Source: Narcine bancroftii (Eukaryota). Taken from it: DNA of 64,000 bases. This document shows, in pieces, positions 50,201-61,879 of the stretch (its first letter is position 1; each line of letters opens with the position of its first letter). The notes beneath the pieces are model-generated. The model was not told where the DNA came from. It did no database searches and saw only the letters and a program-made list of their open reading frames with translations. The position numbers and the translations under genes were made by a program. Location: NCBI RefSeq assembly GCF_036971445.1, contig NC_091478.1:53320001-53384000 (forward strand), given 5' to 3'.

Positions 50201-53200
50201 GGGCACCTGGTGTGTTTCAGGTTAGCATGAACACAGGGCACCTGGTGTGTTTCAGGTCATTGTGGAGAGTGGGTAACTGGCATGTTTCAGGTCAGCGTTT
50301 GTGTTGGGTACCTGGTGTGTTTCAGTTCAGTGTGGACCGTGGGTACCTGGTGTGTTTCAGGTCAGCGTAGATACTGGTCACCTGGTGTGTTTAATGTCAG
50401 AGTGGACAGTGAGCACGTGATGTTTTTTAGGTGAGCATGGACAGTGCCCACTAGGTGAGTTTTTGGTCAGTGTAGACACTGGGCACCTGTTGTGTTTCAG
50501 GTCAGCATGGACAGTGAGCACCTGGTGTATTTGAAGTCAGTGTGGACAGGGGGAATCTGGTGTGTTTCAGATCATAGTGGACATTGGGCCCCTGGTGTGA
50601 TTCAGATCAGTGTGGACCCTGGGCAACTGAGATGTTACTGGTCAGTGTGTCCACTGAGCACCTGCTGTGTTTCAGGTCTGCGTGGACACTGGGTACCTGG
50701 TGATTTTCAGGTCAGTATGGACACCTGGCAACTGGTGTGTTTCAGGTTAGCATGAACACTGGTCAACTGGTGTGTTTTAGGTCAGCAAGGACACTCGGCA
50801 TCTAGTGTGTTTCTCGTCAGCGTAGGCACTGAGTACCTCGTGTGTTTAAGCTCAGAATGGATACTGAGCACCTGGTGTGTTACAGGTCAGTGTGGACACT
50901 GGACACCTGGTGTATGTTTGGTCAGTGTAGACACTGGGCACACGGTGTGTTTCAGGTCAACGTTCGCAATGGGTACCTGGTGATTTTCAGCTCAGTATGC
51001 ATACTGGGCACCTTGGTGTGTTTCAGGTCAGTTTGGACACTGGGTACCTGCTGTGTTTCAGATCAGTTTTCCCACTGGGTACCTGGTATGTTTCAGAGCA
51101 GCGTGGACAGTGGACACCTGGTGTGTTTCAGATCAGTGTGGGCACTGGGCACCTGGTGTGTTTCAGGTTAGCATGAACACAGGGCACCTGGTGTGTTTCA
51201 GGTCATTGTGGAGAGTGGGTAACTGGCATGTTTCAGGTCAGCGTTTGTGTTGGGTACCTGGTGTGTTTCAGTTCAGTGTGGACCGTGGGTACCTGGTGTG
51301 TTTCAGGTCAGCGTAGATACTGGTCACCTGGTGTGTTAATGTCAGAGTGGACAGTGAGCACGTGATGTTTTTTAGGTGAGCATGGACAGTGCCCACTAGG
51401 TGAGTTTTTGTTCAGTGTAGACACTGGGCACCTGTGGACAGGGGGAATCTGGAGTGTTTCAGGAAAGCGGTCGCACTGGGTTCCTGCTGTGTTTCAGCTC
51501 AGCGTGGACTGTGGCCACCTGGTGCTTTCCAGGTCTGCGTGGGCACTGGGCATCTGCTTTGTTTCGGGTCAATATTGTCACTGGGAACTTGTTGTGTTTC
51601 AGGTCAGCATGTGCACTGGGCATATTCTTTGTTTCAGGTCAATATGGTCACTGGGAACCTGGTGTGTTTCAGGTCAGCGTGGATACTGGTCACCTGGTGT
51701 TTTTCAGGTCAGCATGGACAGTGAGCAACTGGTGTGTTTCAAGTCAATGCGGACAGGGGGAATCTGGTGTGTTTCAGGTCAGCGGTCGCACTGGGTACCA
51801 GCTGTGTTTCAGGTCAGTGTGGACACAGGGCACATTGTGCTTTTCAGGGCAGCGTGGGCACTGGGCATCTGCTTAGTTTCAGGTCTTTGTTAACATTGGG
51901 AACGTGATGTGTTTCAGGTCAATATTAACACTGGGAACCTGGTGTATTTCAGGTCAGTGTGGACTGTGGACAACTATTGTGTTTCAGCTCTGCGTTCGCA
52001 CTGGGTACCTGGTGATTTTCAGGTCTGTATGGATACTGGCGATCTGGTGTGTTTCAGGTCAGCATGAACATTGCGCATCTGGTGTGTTTCAGGTAAGTGT
52101 AGACACTGGGCTCCTGGTGTGTCTCAGGTTAGCATGAGCACTGGGTACCAGGTGTGATTCATGTCAGCAAAGACACTTTGTACCTTGTGTGTTTCAGGTC
52201 TTAGTGAACATTGGGCACCTGGTGTGATTCAGATCAATGTGGACACTGGGCACCTGAGGTGTTACTAATCAGCTTGTACTCTGGGCACCTGCTGTGTTTC
52301 AGGTCAGAGTGGACACTGGGAACCTGCTTTGTTTAAGTTCATTGTGGACCGTGGGTACATGGTGTTTTTCAGGTTAGCATGGATACTGGTCACCTGGTGT
52401 TTAACGTCAGAGTGAACAGTGAGCACCTGGTGTTTTTTTAGGGTGAGCATGGACAGTGGCCACCAGGTGTATTTTTGGTCAGTGTAGACACTGTGCACCT
52501 GGTGTGTTTCAGGTCAGCACTGACAGTGAGCACCTGGTGTGTTTCAAGTTAGTGTGGACAGGGGGAATCTGGTGTGTTTAAGTTCATAGTGGACATTGGG
52601 CCTCTGGTGTGATTCAGATCAGTGTGGATCCTGGGGACCTGATATGTTACAGGTCAGCGTGGACACTGAGCACCTGGCGTGTTTTTGGTCAGCGTGAACA
52701 TTGGCTACCTTGTGTGTTTCAGGTCAGTGTGGACAGAGGGCACCTGGTGTGTTTCAGGTCAGTGTGTACTCTGGGCTCCTGGTGTGTTTCAGATCAGTGT
52801 GGACCCTGGGCACCTGAGGTTTTGCAGGTTAGCGTGACTTGGTCAGATGGTGTGTTTTTGTTCAGTGTAGACACTGGGCACCTGTGGACAGGGGGAATCT
52901 GGAATGTTTCAGGAAAGCGGTCGCACTGGGTTCCTGCTGTGTTTCAGCTCAGCGTGGACTGTGGCCACCTGGTGCTTTCCAGGTCTGCGTGGGCACTGGG
53001 CATCTGCTTTGTTTCGGGTCAATATGGTCACTGGGAACCTGTTGTGTTTCAGGTCAGCATGTGCACTGGGCATATTCTTTGTTTCAGGTCAATATGGTCA
53101 CTGGGAACCTGGTGTGTTTCAGGTCAGCGTGGATACTGGTCACCTGGTGTTTTTCAGGTCAGCATGGACAGTGAGCAACTGGTGTGTTTCAAGTCAATGC

Positions 53201-56200
53201 GGACAGGAGGAATCTGGTGTGTTTCAGGTCAGCGGTCGCACTGGGTACCAGCTGTGTTTCAGGTCAGTGTGGACACAGGGCACATTGTGCTTTTCAGGGC
53301 AGCGTGGACACTGGGCATCTGCTTAGTTTCAGGTCTTTGTTAACATTGGGAACGTGATGTGTTTCAGGTCAATATTAACACTGGGAACCTGGTGTATTTC
53401 AGGTCAGTGTGGACTGTGGACAACTATTGTATTTCAGCTCCGCGTTCGCACTGGGTACCTGGTGATTTTCAGGTCTTTATGGATACTGGCGATCTGGTGT
53501 GTTTCAGGTCAGCATGAACACTGCGCATCTGGTGTGTTTCAGGTAAGTGTAGACACTGGGCTACTGGTGTGTCTCAGGTTAGCATGAGCACTGGGCACCA
53601 GGTGTGATTCATGTCAGCAAAGACACTTGGTACCTTGTGTGTTTCAGGTCTTAGTGAACTTTGGGCACCTGGTGTGATTCAGATCAATGTGGACACTGGG
53701 CACCTGAGGTGTTACTAATCAGCTTGTACTCTGGGCACCTGCTGTGTTTCAGGTCAGAGTGGACACTGGGAACCTGCTTTGTTTAAGTTCATTGTGGACC
53801 GTGGGTACATGGTGTTTTTCAGGTTAGCATGGATACTGGTCACCTGGTGTTTAATGTCAGAGTGAACAGTGAGCACCTGGTGTTTTTTTTACGGTGAGCA
53901 TGGACAGTGGCCACCAGGTGTATTTTTGGTCAGTGTAGACACTTTGCACCTGGTGTGTTTCAGGTCAGCACTGACAGTGAGCACCTGGTGTGTTTCAAGT
54001 TAGTGTGGACAGGGGGAATCTGGTGTGTTTAAGTTCATAGTGGACATTGGGCCTCTGGTGTGATTCAGATCAGTGTGGATCCTGGGGACCTGATATGTTA
54101 CAGGTCAGCGTGGACACTGAGCACCTGGCGTGTTTTTGGTCAGTTTAGACACTTGACACCTGGTGTGTTTCATGTCAGCATGAACACTGCTCACCTGGTG
54201 TGTTTCAAGTCAGCAAGGACACTCGGCAACTGGTGTGTTTCACGTCAGTGTAAGCGCTGGGTGGCTTGTGTGTTTCTGGTCACTGTTCACACTGGATCCT
54301 GGTGTGTTTCAGGGCAGCGTTTGCACTGGGTACCTTGTGTGTATCAGGTCAGTGTCTAAACTGGGTACCTGGTGTGTTTCAGGTCAGTGTGGACACTGGG
54401 CACCTGCTGTGTTTAAGGCCAGTGTGCACACTGGGTACCTGCTGTGTTTCAGGTCAGTGTGGACACTGGGCACCTGGTGTGTTTCAGGCAAGAGTGGGCA
54501 CTGGGGAACTGGTGTGTTTCAGGTCATTGTGGGCACTGGGTAACTGGTGTTTTTCAGGTCAGCAAGGACACTCGGCATCTGGTGTGTTTCACGTCAGTGT
54601 AGGCACTGGGTACCTTGTGTGTTTAAGCTCAGAGTGGATACTGGGCACCTGGTATTTCAGGTCAGTGTGGACTGTGGACAACTATTGTGTTTCAGCTCCG
54701 CGTTCGCACTGGGTACCTGGTTTTTTTCAAGTCAGTATGGATACTGGATACCCGGTGTGTTTCAAGTCGGTGAGGACAGTGGCCACCTGGTGTGTTTCAG
54801 GTCAGTGTGTGCACTGAGAACCTGGTGTGTTTCAGGTAAGTGTGGACACTGGGCACCTGCTGTGTTTAATGTCAGAGTGGAAATTGGGCACCTGGTGTGT
54901 TTCAAGTTAGCTTGAAAACTGGGTACCTGGTGTGTTTCACGTCAGCATAGGCACCGGTTACCTTGTGTGTTTCAGGTCAGCGTGGACATTGGGCACCTGG
55001 TGTGATTCAGATCAGTTTGGACTGTGGGCACCTGAGGTGTTACAGGTCAGCATTGACACTGAGCACCTGGTGTGTTCTTGTTTAGTGTAGACACTGGGAA
55101 CCTGGTGTTTTTCAGCTTAGCATGAACACTGCTCACCTGGTGTGTTTCAGGTCAGCAAGGACACTCGGCACCTGGTGTGTTTCACATCAGCGTAGGCACT
55201 GGGTACCTTGTGAGTTTCAGGTCAGTGTGTACTCTAGGCCCCTGGTGTGTTTCAGATCAGTGTGGACCTTGTGCACCAGAGGTGTTACAGGATAGCGTGT
55301 TCAGTGGGTTCTGGTGTGTTTCAAGTCACCGTTCGCATTGGGCACCAGGTGTGGAAACTGGGCACCTGTTTTGTTACAAGTCAGTGTGGTCACTGGGCAT
55401 CTGCTTTGTTACAAGTCAGTGTGGACACTGGGAACCTGTTGTGTTTTTGGTCAGTGTAGACATTGGGCACCTGAGGTGTTTCAGGTGAGCGGGTACACTG
55501 GACACATGGTGTGTTTCAAGTCACTGTGGACACAGTGGGTACCTTGTGTGTTTCATTGCAGCGTTCGCACTGGGAACCTGGTGAGTTTCAGGTCAGTTTG
55601 GATACTGGGCCCCTGGTGTGTTTCAGATCAGTGTAGATCCTCGGTACCTGATGTGTTACAGGACAGGGTGGAAACTGGACAGCTGGTGAGGTCAATGTGG
55701 ACAACTGGGAACCTAGTGTGTTTCAGATCAGCATGGACTATGGACAACTAGTATGTTTCAGGTCAGCGTTTGCACTGGGTATCTGGTGATTTTCAGGTCA
55801 GTATGGATACTGGGCACCTGGTGTGTTTTAGGTCATTGTGGTCAGTGGCCACCTGGTGTTTTTCAGGTCAGTGTGGGCAATGGGGACCTGGTGTGTTTCA
55901 GGTCAGCGTGGACACTGGACATATAGTGTGTTTCAGGTCAGCGTTCGCACTGGGTAGCTGGTGATTTTCAGGTCAGTATGGATACTGGGCACCTGGTTTG
56001 TTTCAGGTCAGTGTGGACACTGGGCACATTGTGCGTTTCAGGTCAGTTTTCGCACTGGGCATCTGGTGTGTTTCAGATCACTGGATAGTGGCCACAGGTG
56101 TGTTTCAGGTTAGAGTGGACACTGGATACTTGCTGTGTTTCAGGTCCCTTTTCGCACTGGGTACCTGGTGTGTTTCAGGTCAATGTGGACAGTGGCCACC

Positions 56201-58680
56201 TGTTATGTTTCAGGTCAGATTGGACACTGGGCACCTGGTGTGTTTCAGATGATTGTTGTCACTGGTGACCTGGTGTGTTTCAGGTTACCATGAACACTGG
56301 GCATCTGGAGTTTTTCAGGTCAGCAAGGAGACTCAGTACCTGGTGTGTTTCACGTCAGCGTGGGCACTGGGCACCTTGTGCGTTACTGATCAGAATGGAC
56401 ACTGGGCACCTGGTGTGATTCAGGTCGGCGTGGACAGTGGGCAACTGGTGTGTTTCAGATCAGTGTGTACTCTGGGCCCCTGGTGTGTTTCAGATCAGTG
56501 TGAACCCTAGGCACCTGAGGTCTTACAGGTCAGCGTGGACACTGGACACCTGGTGTATTTTTGGTCAGTGTAGACACTGGGCATCTAGTGTATTTCAGGT
56601 CAGCATGGACAGTGAGCAGCTGGTATGTTTCAAGTCAGTGTGGACAGGGGGAATTTGGTGTGTTTCAGGTCAGCGGTCGCACTCAATACCTGCTGTGTTT
56701 CAGGTCAGCGTGGACAGTGGCCACCTGGTGCGTTTCAGGTTAGCGTGGACACCTGACAACTAGTGTGTTGCAGGTCAGCGTTTGCACTGTGTACCTGGTG
56801 ATTTTCAGGTCAGTATGGATACTGGGCAACTGGTTTGTTTCATGTAAGTGTGGACACTGGGCACCTGCTGTGTTTCAGGTCATTTTTCGCACTGGGTACC
56901 TGGTGTGTTTCAGGTCAGCGTGCACAGTGGCCACCTCGCTTGTTTCAGGTCAGTGTGGGAACTGGGCACCTGTTGTGTTTCAAATCTACGTGGACACTGG
57001 ACAACTAGTGTGTTTCAGGTCAGTGTTCGCACTGGGTACCCGGTGATTTTCAGGTCAGTATGGATACTGGGCACCTGATGTGTTTCATGTCTGAGTGGAC
57101 ACTGTGCACCTGGTTTGTTTCAGGTTAGCATGAAAACTGGGTACCTTGTGTGTTTCAGGTCAGCAAGGACATCGGCTCCAGGTATGTTTCACGTCAGCGT
57201 AGGCACTGGATACTTTGCGTGTTTCAGGTCAGAGTGGACATTGGGCACTTGGTGTGATTCAGATCAGTGTGGACCGTGGGCACCTGAGGTGTTACAGGTC
57301 AGCGTTGACACTGAGCACCTGGTGTGTTTTTGTTCAGTGTAGACACTGCGCACCTTGTGTTTTTCAGGTTAGAATGAACACTGCTCACCTGATGTGTTTC
57401 AGGTTAGCATGACCACTGGGTACCTTGTGTTTTTCAGGTCATAGTGGACACTGAGCACCTGGTGTATTTCAGGTCGTCAAAGACTCTCGGTACTTGGTTT
57501 GTTTCATGTCAGCGTAGGCACTGGGTACCTTGTTTGTTTCAGGTCAGTGTGTACTCTGGGCCCCTTGTGTGTTTCCGATCCATGTGGACCCAGGACACCT
57601 GAGGTGTTACCGGATAGCGTGGACACTGAGCACCTATTGAGTTTCAGGTCAGCCTGACATTGTTCACCTGGAGTGTTTCAGGTCAGTGTGTACATTGTAT
57701 ATCTGGTGTGTTTTTGGTCAGTGTAGGCTTTGGGCACCTTGTGTGTTTCAGCTCAGTGTGGACAATGAGCTTTTGGTCTTTTTCAAGTCAGTGTGGACAG
57801 TGGGTACGTAGTGTGTTTCAAATCAGTGTGGACAGGGAGAATCTGGTGTGTTTCAGATCAGTGTGGACACTGGGCCCATTGTGCGTTTTAGGTCAGTGTT
57901 GGCACTGTGTTCTTGGTGTGTTTCAGGTCAGTGTGGACACAGATCACCTGGTGTGTTTCAGGTCAGTGTGAACACTGGGCACATTGTGTGTTTCAGATCA
58001 GCATGGTACTGGGAGCCTGGTGTGTTTCAGGTCAGCATGACCATTGGGCACCTCGTGTGTTTGAGGTTAGCGTGGACACAGGGAACCTGGTGAGTTACAG
58101 CTCAGTGTGGAAACTGGGTATCTGCTGTGTTTCAGTTCAGCGTTCGCACTGGGTACCTGGTGTGTTTCAGTTTAGTATGGATCATGGATACCTGGTGTAT
58201 TTCAGGTAATTGTGGAGAGTGAGTATCTGGTCTGTTTCAGGTCAGAGTGGACACTGGGCACCTGGTGTATTTCACGTCAGCGTGTGCCCTTGTCACCTTG
58301 GGTTTTTCAGGTCAGAGTGGACACTGGGCACCTGGTGTATTTCAGGTCAGCGTGGACAGTGGGCAACTGGTGATTTTCAGGTCAGTGTGGACACTGGGCA
58401 CCTGGCGTGTTACAGGTCAGCGTCGGCACTGGGCACCTGGTGTGTTTCAGGTCAGCGTGGACACTGGGGTCCTGGTGTGTTTTTAGTCAGTGTAGACAGT
58501 GGGCACCTTGTGATTTTCAGGTCAGTGTGGACACTGGGCATGTTGTGTTTCAGATAAGTGTGGCCACTGGGCACCTGGTGTGTTGCAGTTCAGTGTGGAC
58601 AATGGCCTCCTGGTGTATTTCAGAACAGCGTGGACACTGGGATCCTGGTTTATTTCATGTCAGGGTGGAAATTGGACACA
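41230..58680. repeat. Satellite B: 35-bp tandem array (ggtcagtgtggacactgggcacctggtgtgtttca), roughly 400 diverged units
   Basis: Continuous head-to-tail units at 41230-41834 and 44724-58680. Confidence 0.97.
41835..44723 (+). mobile_element. degenerate AT-rich L1-clade ORF2 fragment inside satellite B
   Basis: ALQSMPSGKSPGEDGFTMEFYKEF, SYRLISLLNMDYKNVAKVLANRL, LDAEKAFD, STRQGCPLSPALFVLVIEPLA. Ends in a G-rich 3' UTR with no poly(A). Confidence 0.9.
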
Positions 58681-59055
58681 TTTTGTGTTTGAGTGGATTT
58701 GGACAGTTTGGATGTTTTTCATGTGAGTTTGGGCAAATTTACAGCTGTATTCAAGTTTAATAAAAGCAAATTAAAAAATGCAGGATTCTCGCAGCAAGTT
58801 GTGGAGCTTCTGCAGAGAGAGATACAAACTCAATGTGTCCGATCCTTGCCTTTGAGCTGAAATGTGAATATTTTTCTCTCTCTCTCTCTACAGGATTGAC
58901 TGACCCACTGAGTGTTTACTGCACTTTGGAATTTGAATTCAGATTTCTAGCATCTGAGGATTTCTGATTTAATACACTAATCATTTGATAACCATCTCTA
59001 TTGATCTATTATTCATTATCAAACAGTATCTTGAGAAGAAATGGAAAAAAAGTAC

Positions 59056-59155
59056 CTGTATCCAATCTCATATTTGCCTTTGTTCTTCAAGGTAATGGTC
59101 TGTTTCACTGTATCAATAACTTTAATGATTCCAAAATCAATCCCACCATCCGTAC
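59056..59155 (-). CDS. HYDIN: HYDIN internal coding exon (100 bp; not in ORF track)
   Basis: Manual translation: acceptor ctctgtgttgaag|GT, encodes (G)TDGGIDFGIIKVIDTVKQTITLKNKGKYEIGY(R), donor TACAG|gtactt. Resembles HYDIN GAEGGLDFGIVRV...LKNRGKYEI. Phase 1 in, 2 out. Confidence 0.9.
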
Positions 59156-60136
59156 CTTCAACACAGAGTTACGAATCGGGTGTTATTGTCTTTTTAAGTG
59201 CAACATCACAGGAACAAGAACAAAACATTGCAGACTTCTAAACTCAACAACTGCAGGAGTATATTGGTGTTTGGCTGAATATGCTGTTCTTGGCGAGTGG
59301 ATGAGGGAATGCTGGTGGAGAGATCAGAATGAGGGAGTCAGGCACTGAGTGATCAAGTATCTGGGTGATCTCAACAGGTTTGGATTGCTTTTAAGAATGG
59401 GGTGATTCGGTTGTGACTGGTGGCTGGTTGTAGTGATACATTGGTGGAGTGAAGGAATGACAATACTTTTCCACTCAGAATGGTGCGTGGTTCTGAGGGA
59501 AACTTCCAGAGGGTGGTGTCCTCATGCTTTTGCTGCCCTTAACTGGTGGGGGTGGTGGGTTTGGAAGGTTCTGTACAAGGAGTCTCAGTGAATTGCTGCA
59601 CTGCATCTAGTAGACAGTACAAACTGCTGCTCCAGTGTTTGGGTGGTGTAGTGAGTGTAGGGATATGTCACATGGTAACTGTGTCCTGGATGGTGTTGAG
59701 TTCCCAAGTGTTGTTGAATCTGCCCCCACTCTACTTTCTATAATATAATACTCTATAATATTATGTCATAAATTGAATATTTCTTATTTTTTTGGTATTC
59801 ATTATCTCATTTTGATTTAATTTAATATGAACTATTGAAGTTGTTTGTTTTCAGAGAGTAGCTGTTCATTTGCAGCGTGCACAAATATCGGTGCATTGGA
59901 CCATTGTACAATGTGTATGATAATAAACTTATTTCCGTTACCATTATCTATAATACTACGAGTTTTCATTTCAAATCATTCTTGCCCAGATAATTCAATG
60001 AAACATATGTCGTTGAGGAGTGAAAGAAAACATTTGGAAAGTGAACTTTTCTTTGTATGAACTGCAACAGTTCCCACTCGAACCATTTTAAAGCAGATAA
60101 CTGACCTAACACCTGTATCACTGAGAGGAAACTGTC

Positions 60137-60462
60137 ACAGGGGTTAGGCCATCACTCTGTCGTAGGGGTTAGGCCAGCCTTCTGTTGTAGGAGTTATGTC
60201 AGCCCCCCGTTTCAGGGGTTAGACAAGACAATCCCTCTATCACAGGGGTTAGGCCAGCCCTCTGTTGCAGGGGTTAGGCCAGCCCTCTATCGCAGGAGTT
60301 AGGACAGCCCTTTGTCACAGGGGTAAGGCCAGTCCCCTGTCGAAGGGGTTAGGCCAGTCTCCTCGCAGGGGTTAGGCCAGCCCTCTGTTCCACGGGTTAG
60401 GCCAGTCCCCTGTTGCAGGGGTTAGGCCAACCCTCTTTTGCAGGGGTTAGGCCAGCCCCCTG
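60137..60462. repeat. 25-bp minisatellite (caggggttaggccagccctctgttg) x about 13
   Basis: Directly visible in the HYDIN intron between the two 100-bp exons. Confidence 0.93.
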
Positions 60463-60711
60463 TCTGTAAATGGAGGAGTGCTTCTTTATGTTAGTGAATG
60501 CAAGTCTTTGGAACACTCCATCAGAGGCTAGTGATGGTCAGTCTTTGAGGGTGAGTAGATCTTGGTTTACTCAGGGGGTTGGTTACTGACCACGATAGTG
60601 AATGAGATGCACTTCCAATGATGGAGCAGCCACGTGCCAATTCTTGCTTCCATATTTTATGTTCCTCACATGGTCATGTTCTCAGAACCAGCAGTGCAAC
60701 CCGGACCTCAC

Positions 60712-60811
60712 CTTTGGGGAAACTGATGTCCAATGCCACGTCATAAGCTTCCGCAATGACCAGAATGTTCTCTGTCTGTACAATACCGAGAATGTTGTCT
60801 GCATCGTAGAC
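60712..60811 (-). CDS. HYDIN: HYDIN internal coding exon (100 bp)
   Basis: Acceptor cctctaccaag|GTC, donor AAAG|gtgagg. Encodes VYDADNILGIVQTENILVIAEAYDVALDISFPK(G), like HYDIN VLDAENLLGVVQIENIMVFAEAYDIALDITFPKG. Phase 0 in, 1 out. Confidence 0.92.
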
Positions 60812-61325
60812 CTTGGTAGAGGATAGGAAACAATTTAGCATGAACGTAAACATGCACTGGGTCTCCAGTGACCGGATCAAATGGTAAGTGGTGGTTGTTG
60901 CACCCTCTTACCACATCACACTCATTTACTTCGACAGAGCTACCACATTAATTGTATTGTTCATTACTTTAGTATAGTCATTGACCAGATGCCACAAAGA
61001 CTCCTCAAACTTTCTTTTCCTTTCTGCCAGGACTGCATGTCTGGGATTGAGCTTCTAGCTTGGGAACGATTTGCACAGATATCCAACATTGGACGTAAAT
61101 GAAAGTTAGAAAATCAAAACGTTTTATTTCCTGAGTCCCATTTCATGTTTGATGCTGACCTGACACCACATCATGGGGGCTTCACTCCAACCTGGGGGTC
61201 CCACAGGGCAGGCACATCTTGCCATGAGTTAAGATGGGCACTGGACCCTTCCTTGGGACAGCATTTCTGTTTTGCTGAATGCAGATTGTACCTCACCACT
61301 TGGGTGCTCTCCTGTTTTCACTTAC

Positions 61326-61524
61326 CTCCAGCCGAATATACTTTCTCAGATTGATTTGTCTTGTGGCTCGGAAATGCACCTGCACACAAAATTCGGCTTT
61401 GGGATCGATGACTCCCTGGTCCTGAGAGAGAGAGCAATCATCACCCAGATTCTCTAGCCCTGTGATTCTCCAAGCCACCGGGAGAAGACAAACGTTCCTC
61501 AAGGTCAGGCTCTTCGTGTCCATC
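61326..61524 (-). CDS. HYDIN: HYDIN internal coding exon (199 bp; first in window)
   Basis: Acceptor cttcccctcag|G, donor GAG|gtaagt. Encodes MDTKSLTLRNVCLLPVAWRITGLENLGDDCSLSQDQGVIDPKAEFCVQVHFRATRQINLRKYIRLE, matching my recollection of the vertebrate HYDIN segment LLPVAWRITSLEHLGDDF...KKAIRLE. Phase 2 in, 0 out. Confidence 0.92.
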
Positions 61525-61569
61525 CTGAGGGGAAGAAGTCAAAACTTGGCTTAACACATGGCCTTTCTG

Positions 61570-61784
61570 TTGTAAACCGTTGTTGCATATAATTGTCTGG
61601 ACAGGCACATCAATTGGCTGATTGACCCTGTGGTCCCTCCCCACAGGGTCCTCTATAAAGGTGACTGTTCCACAGCCCTTTCCTCAGTGCAGGACAGTTG
61701 AACAGTTTGGATGTGCCTATATGCTTAAGTGAATAAAAGCCTATTGGATTCTCAACAATTGTCTTCAAGTAACTGATATGCATC
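61570..61784 (+). mobile_element. possible short solo LTR
   Basis: attggctgattga (reverse CCAAT), ctataaag and gaataaaag in LTR-like order, ending ...catca. The 5' end and TSD are uncertain. Confidence 0.4.
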
Positions 61785-61879
61785 ATGTTCATGGTGCACA
61801 ATCATGCCAAGAGCAACCGTGACATAAAAATGGGAGGAATTCATTCTAACCAATGGGAAGTTAAGGATTTCTCAAAAAT

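Noticed and set aside
40464-58760. Dozens of Cys/Trp/Gly/Val-rich ORFs, and a CRISPR-like 35-bp periodicity
   Set aside because: These are frame-cycling translations of the 35-bp satellite. Units are head-to-tail with no unique spacers, there are no cas genes, and the context is a eukaryotic intron.
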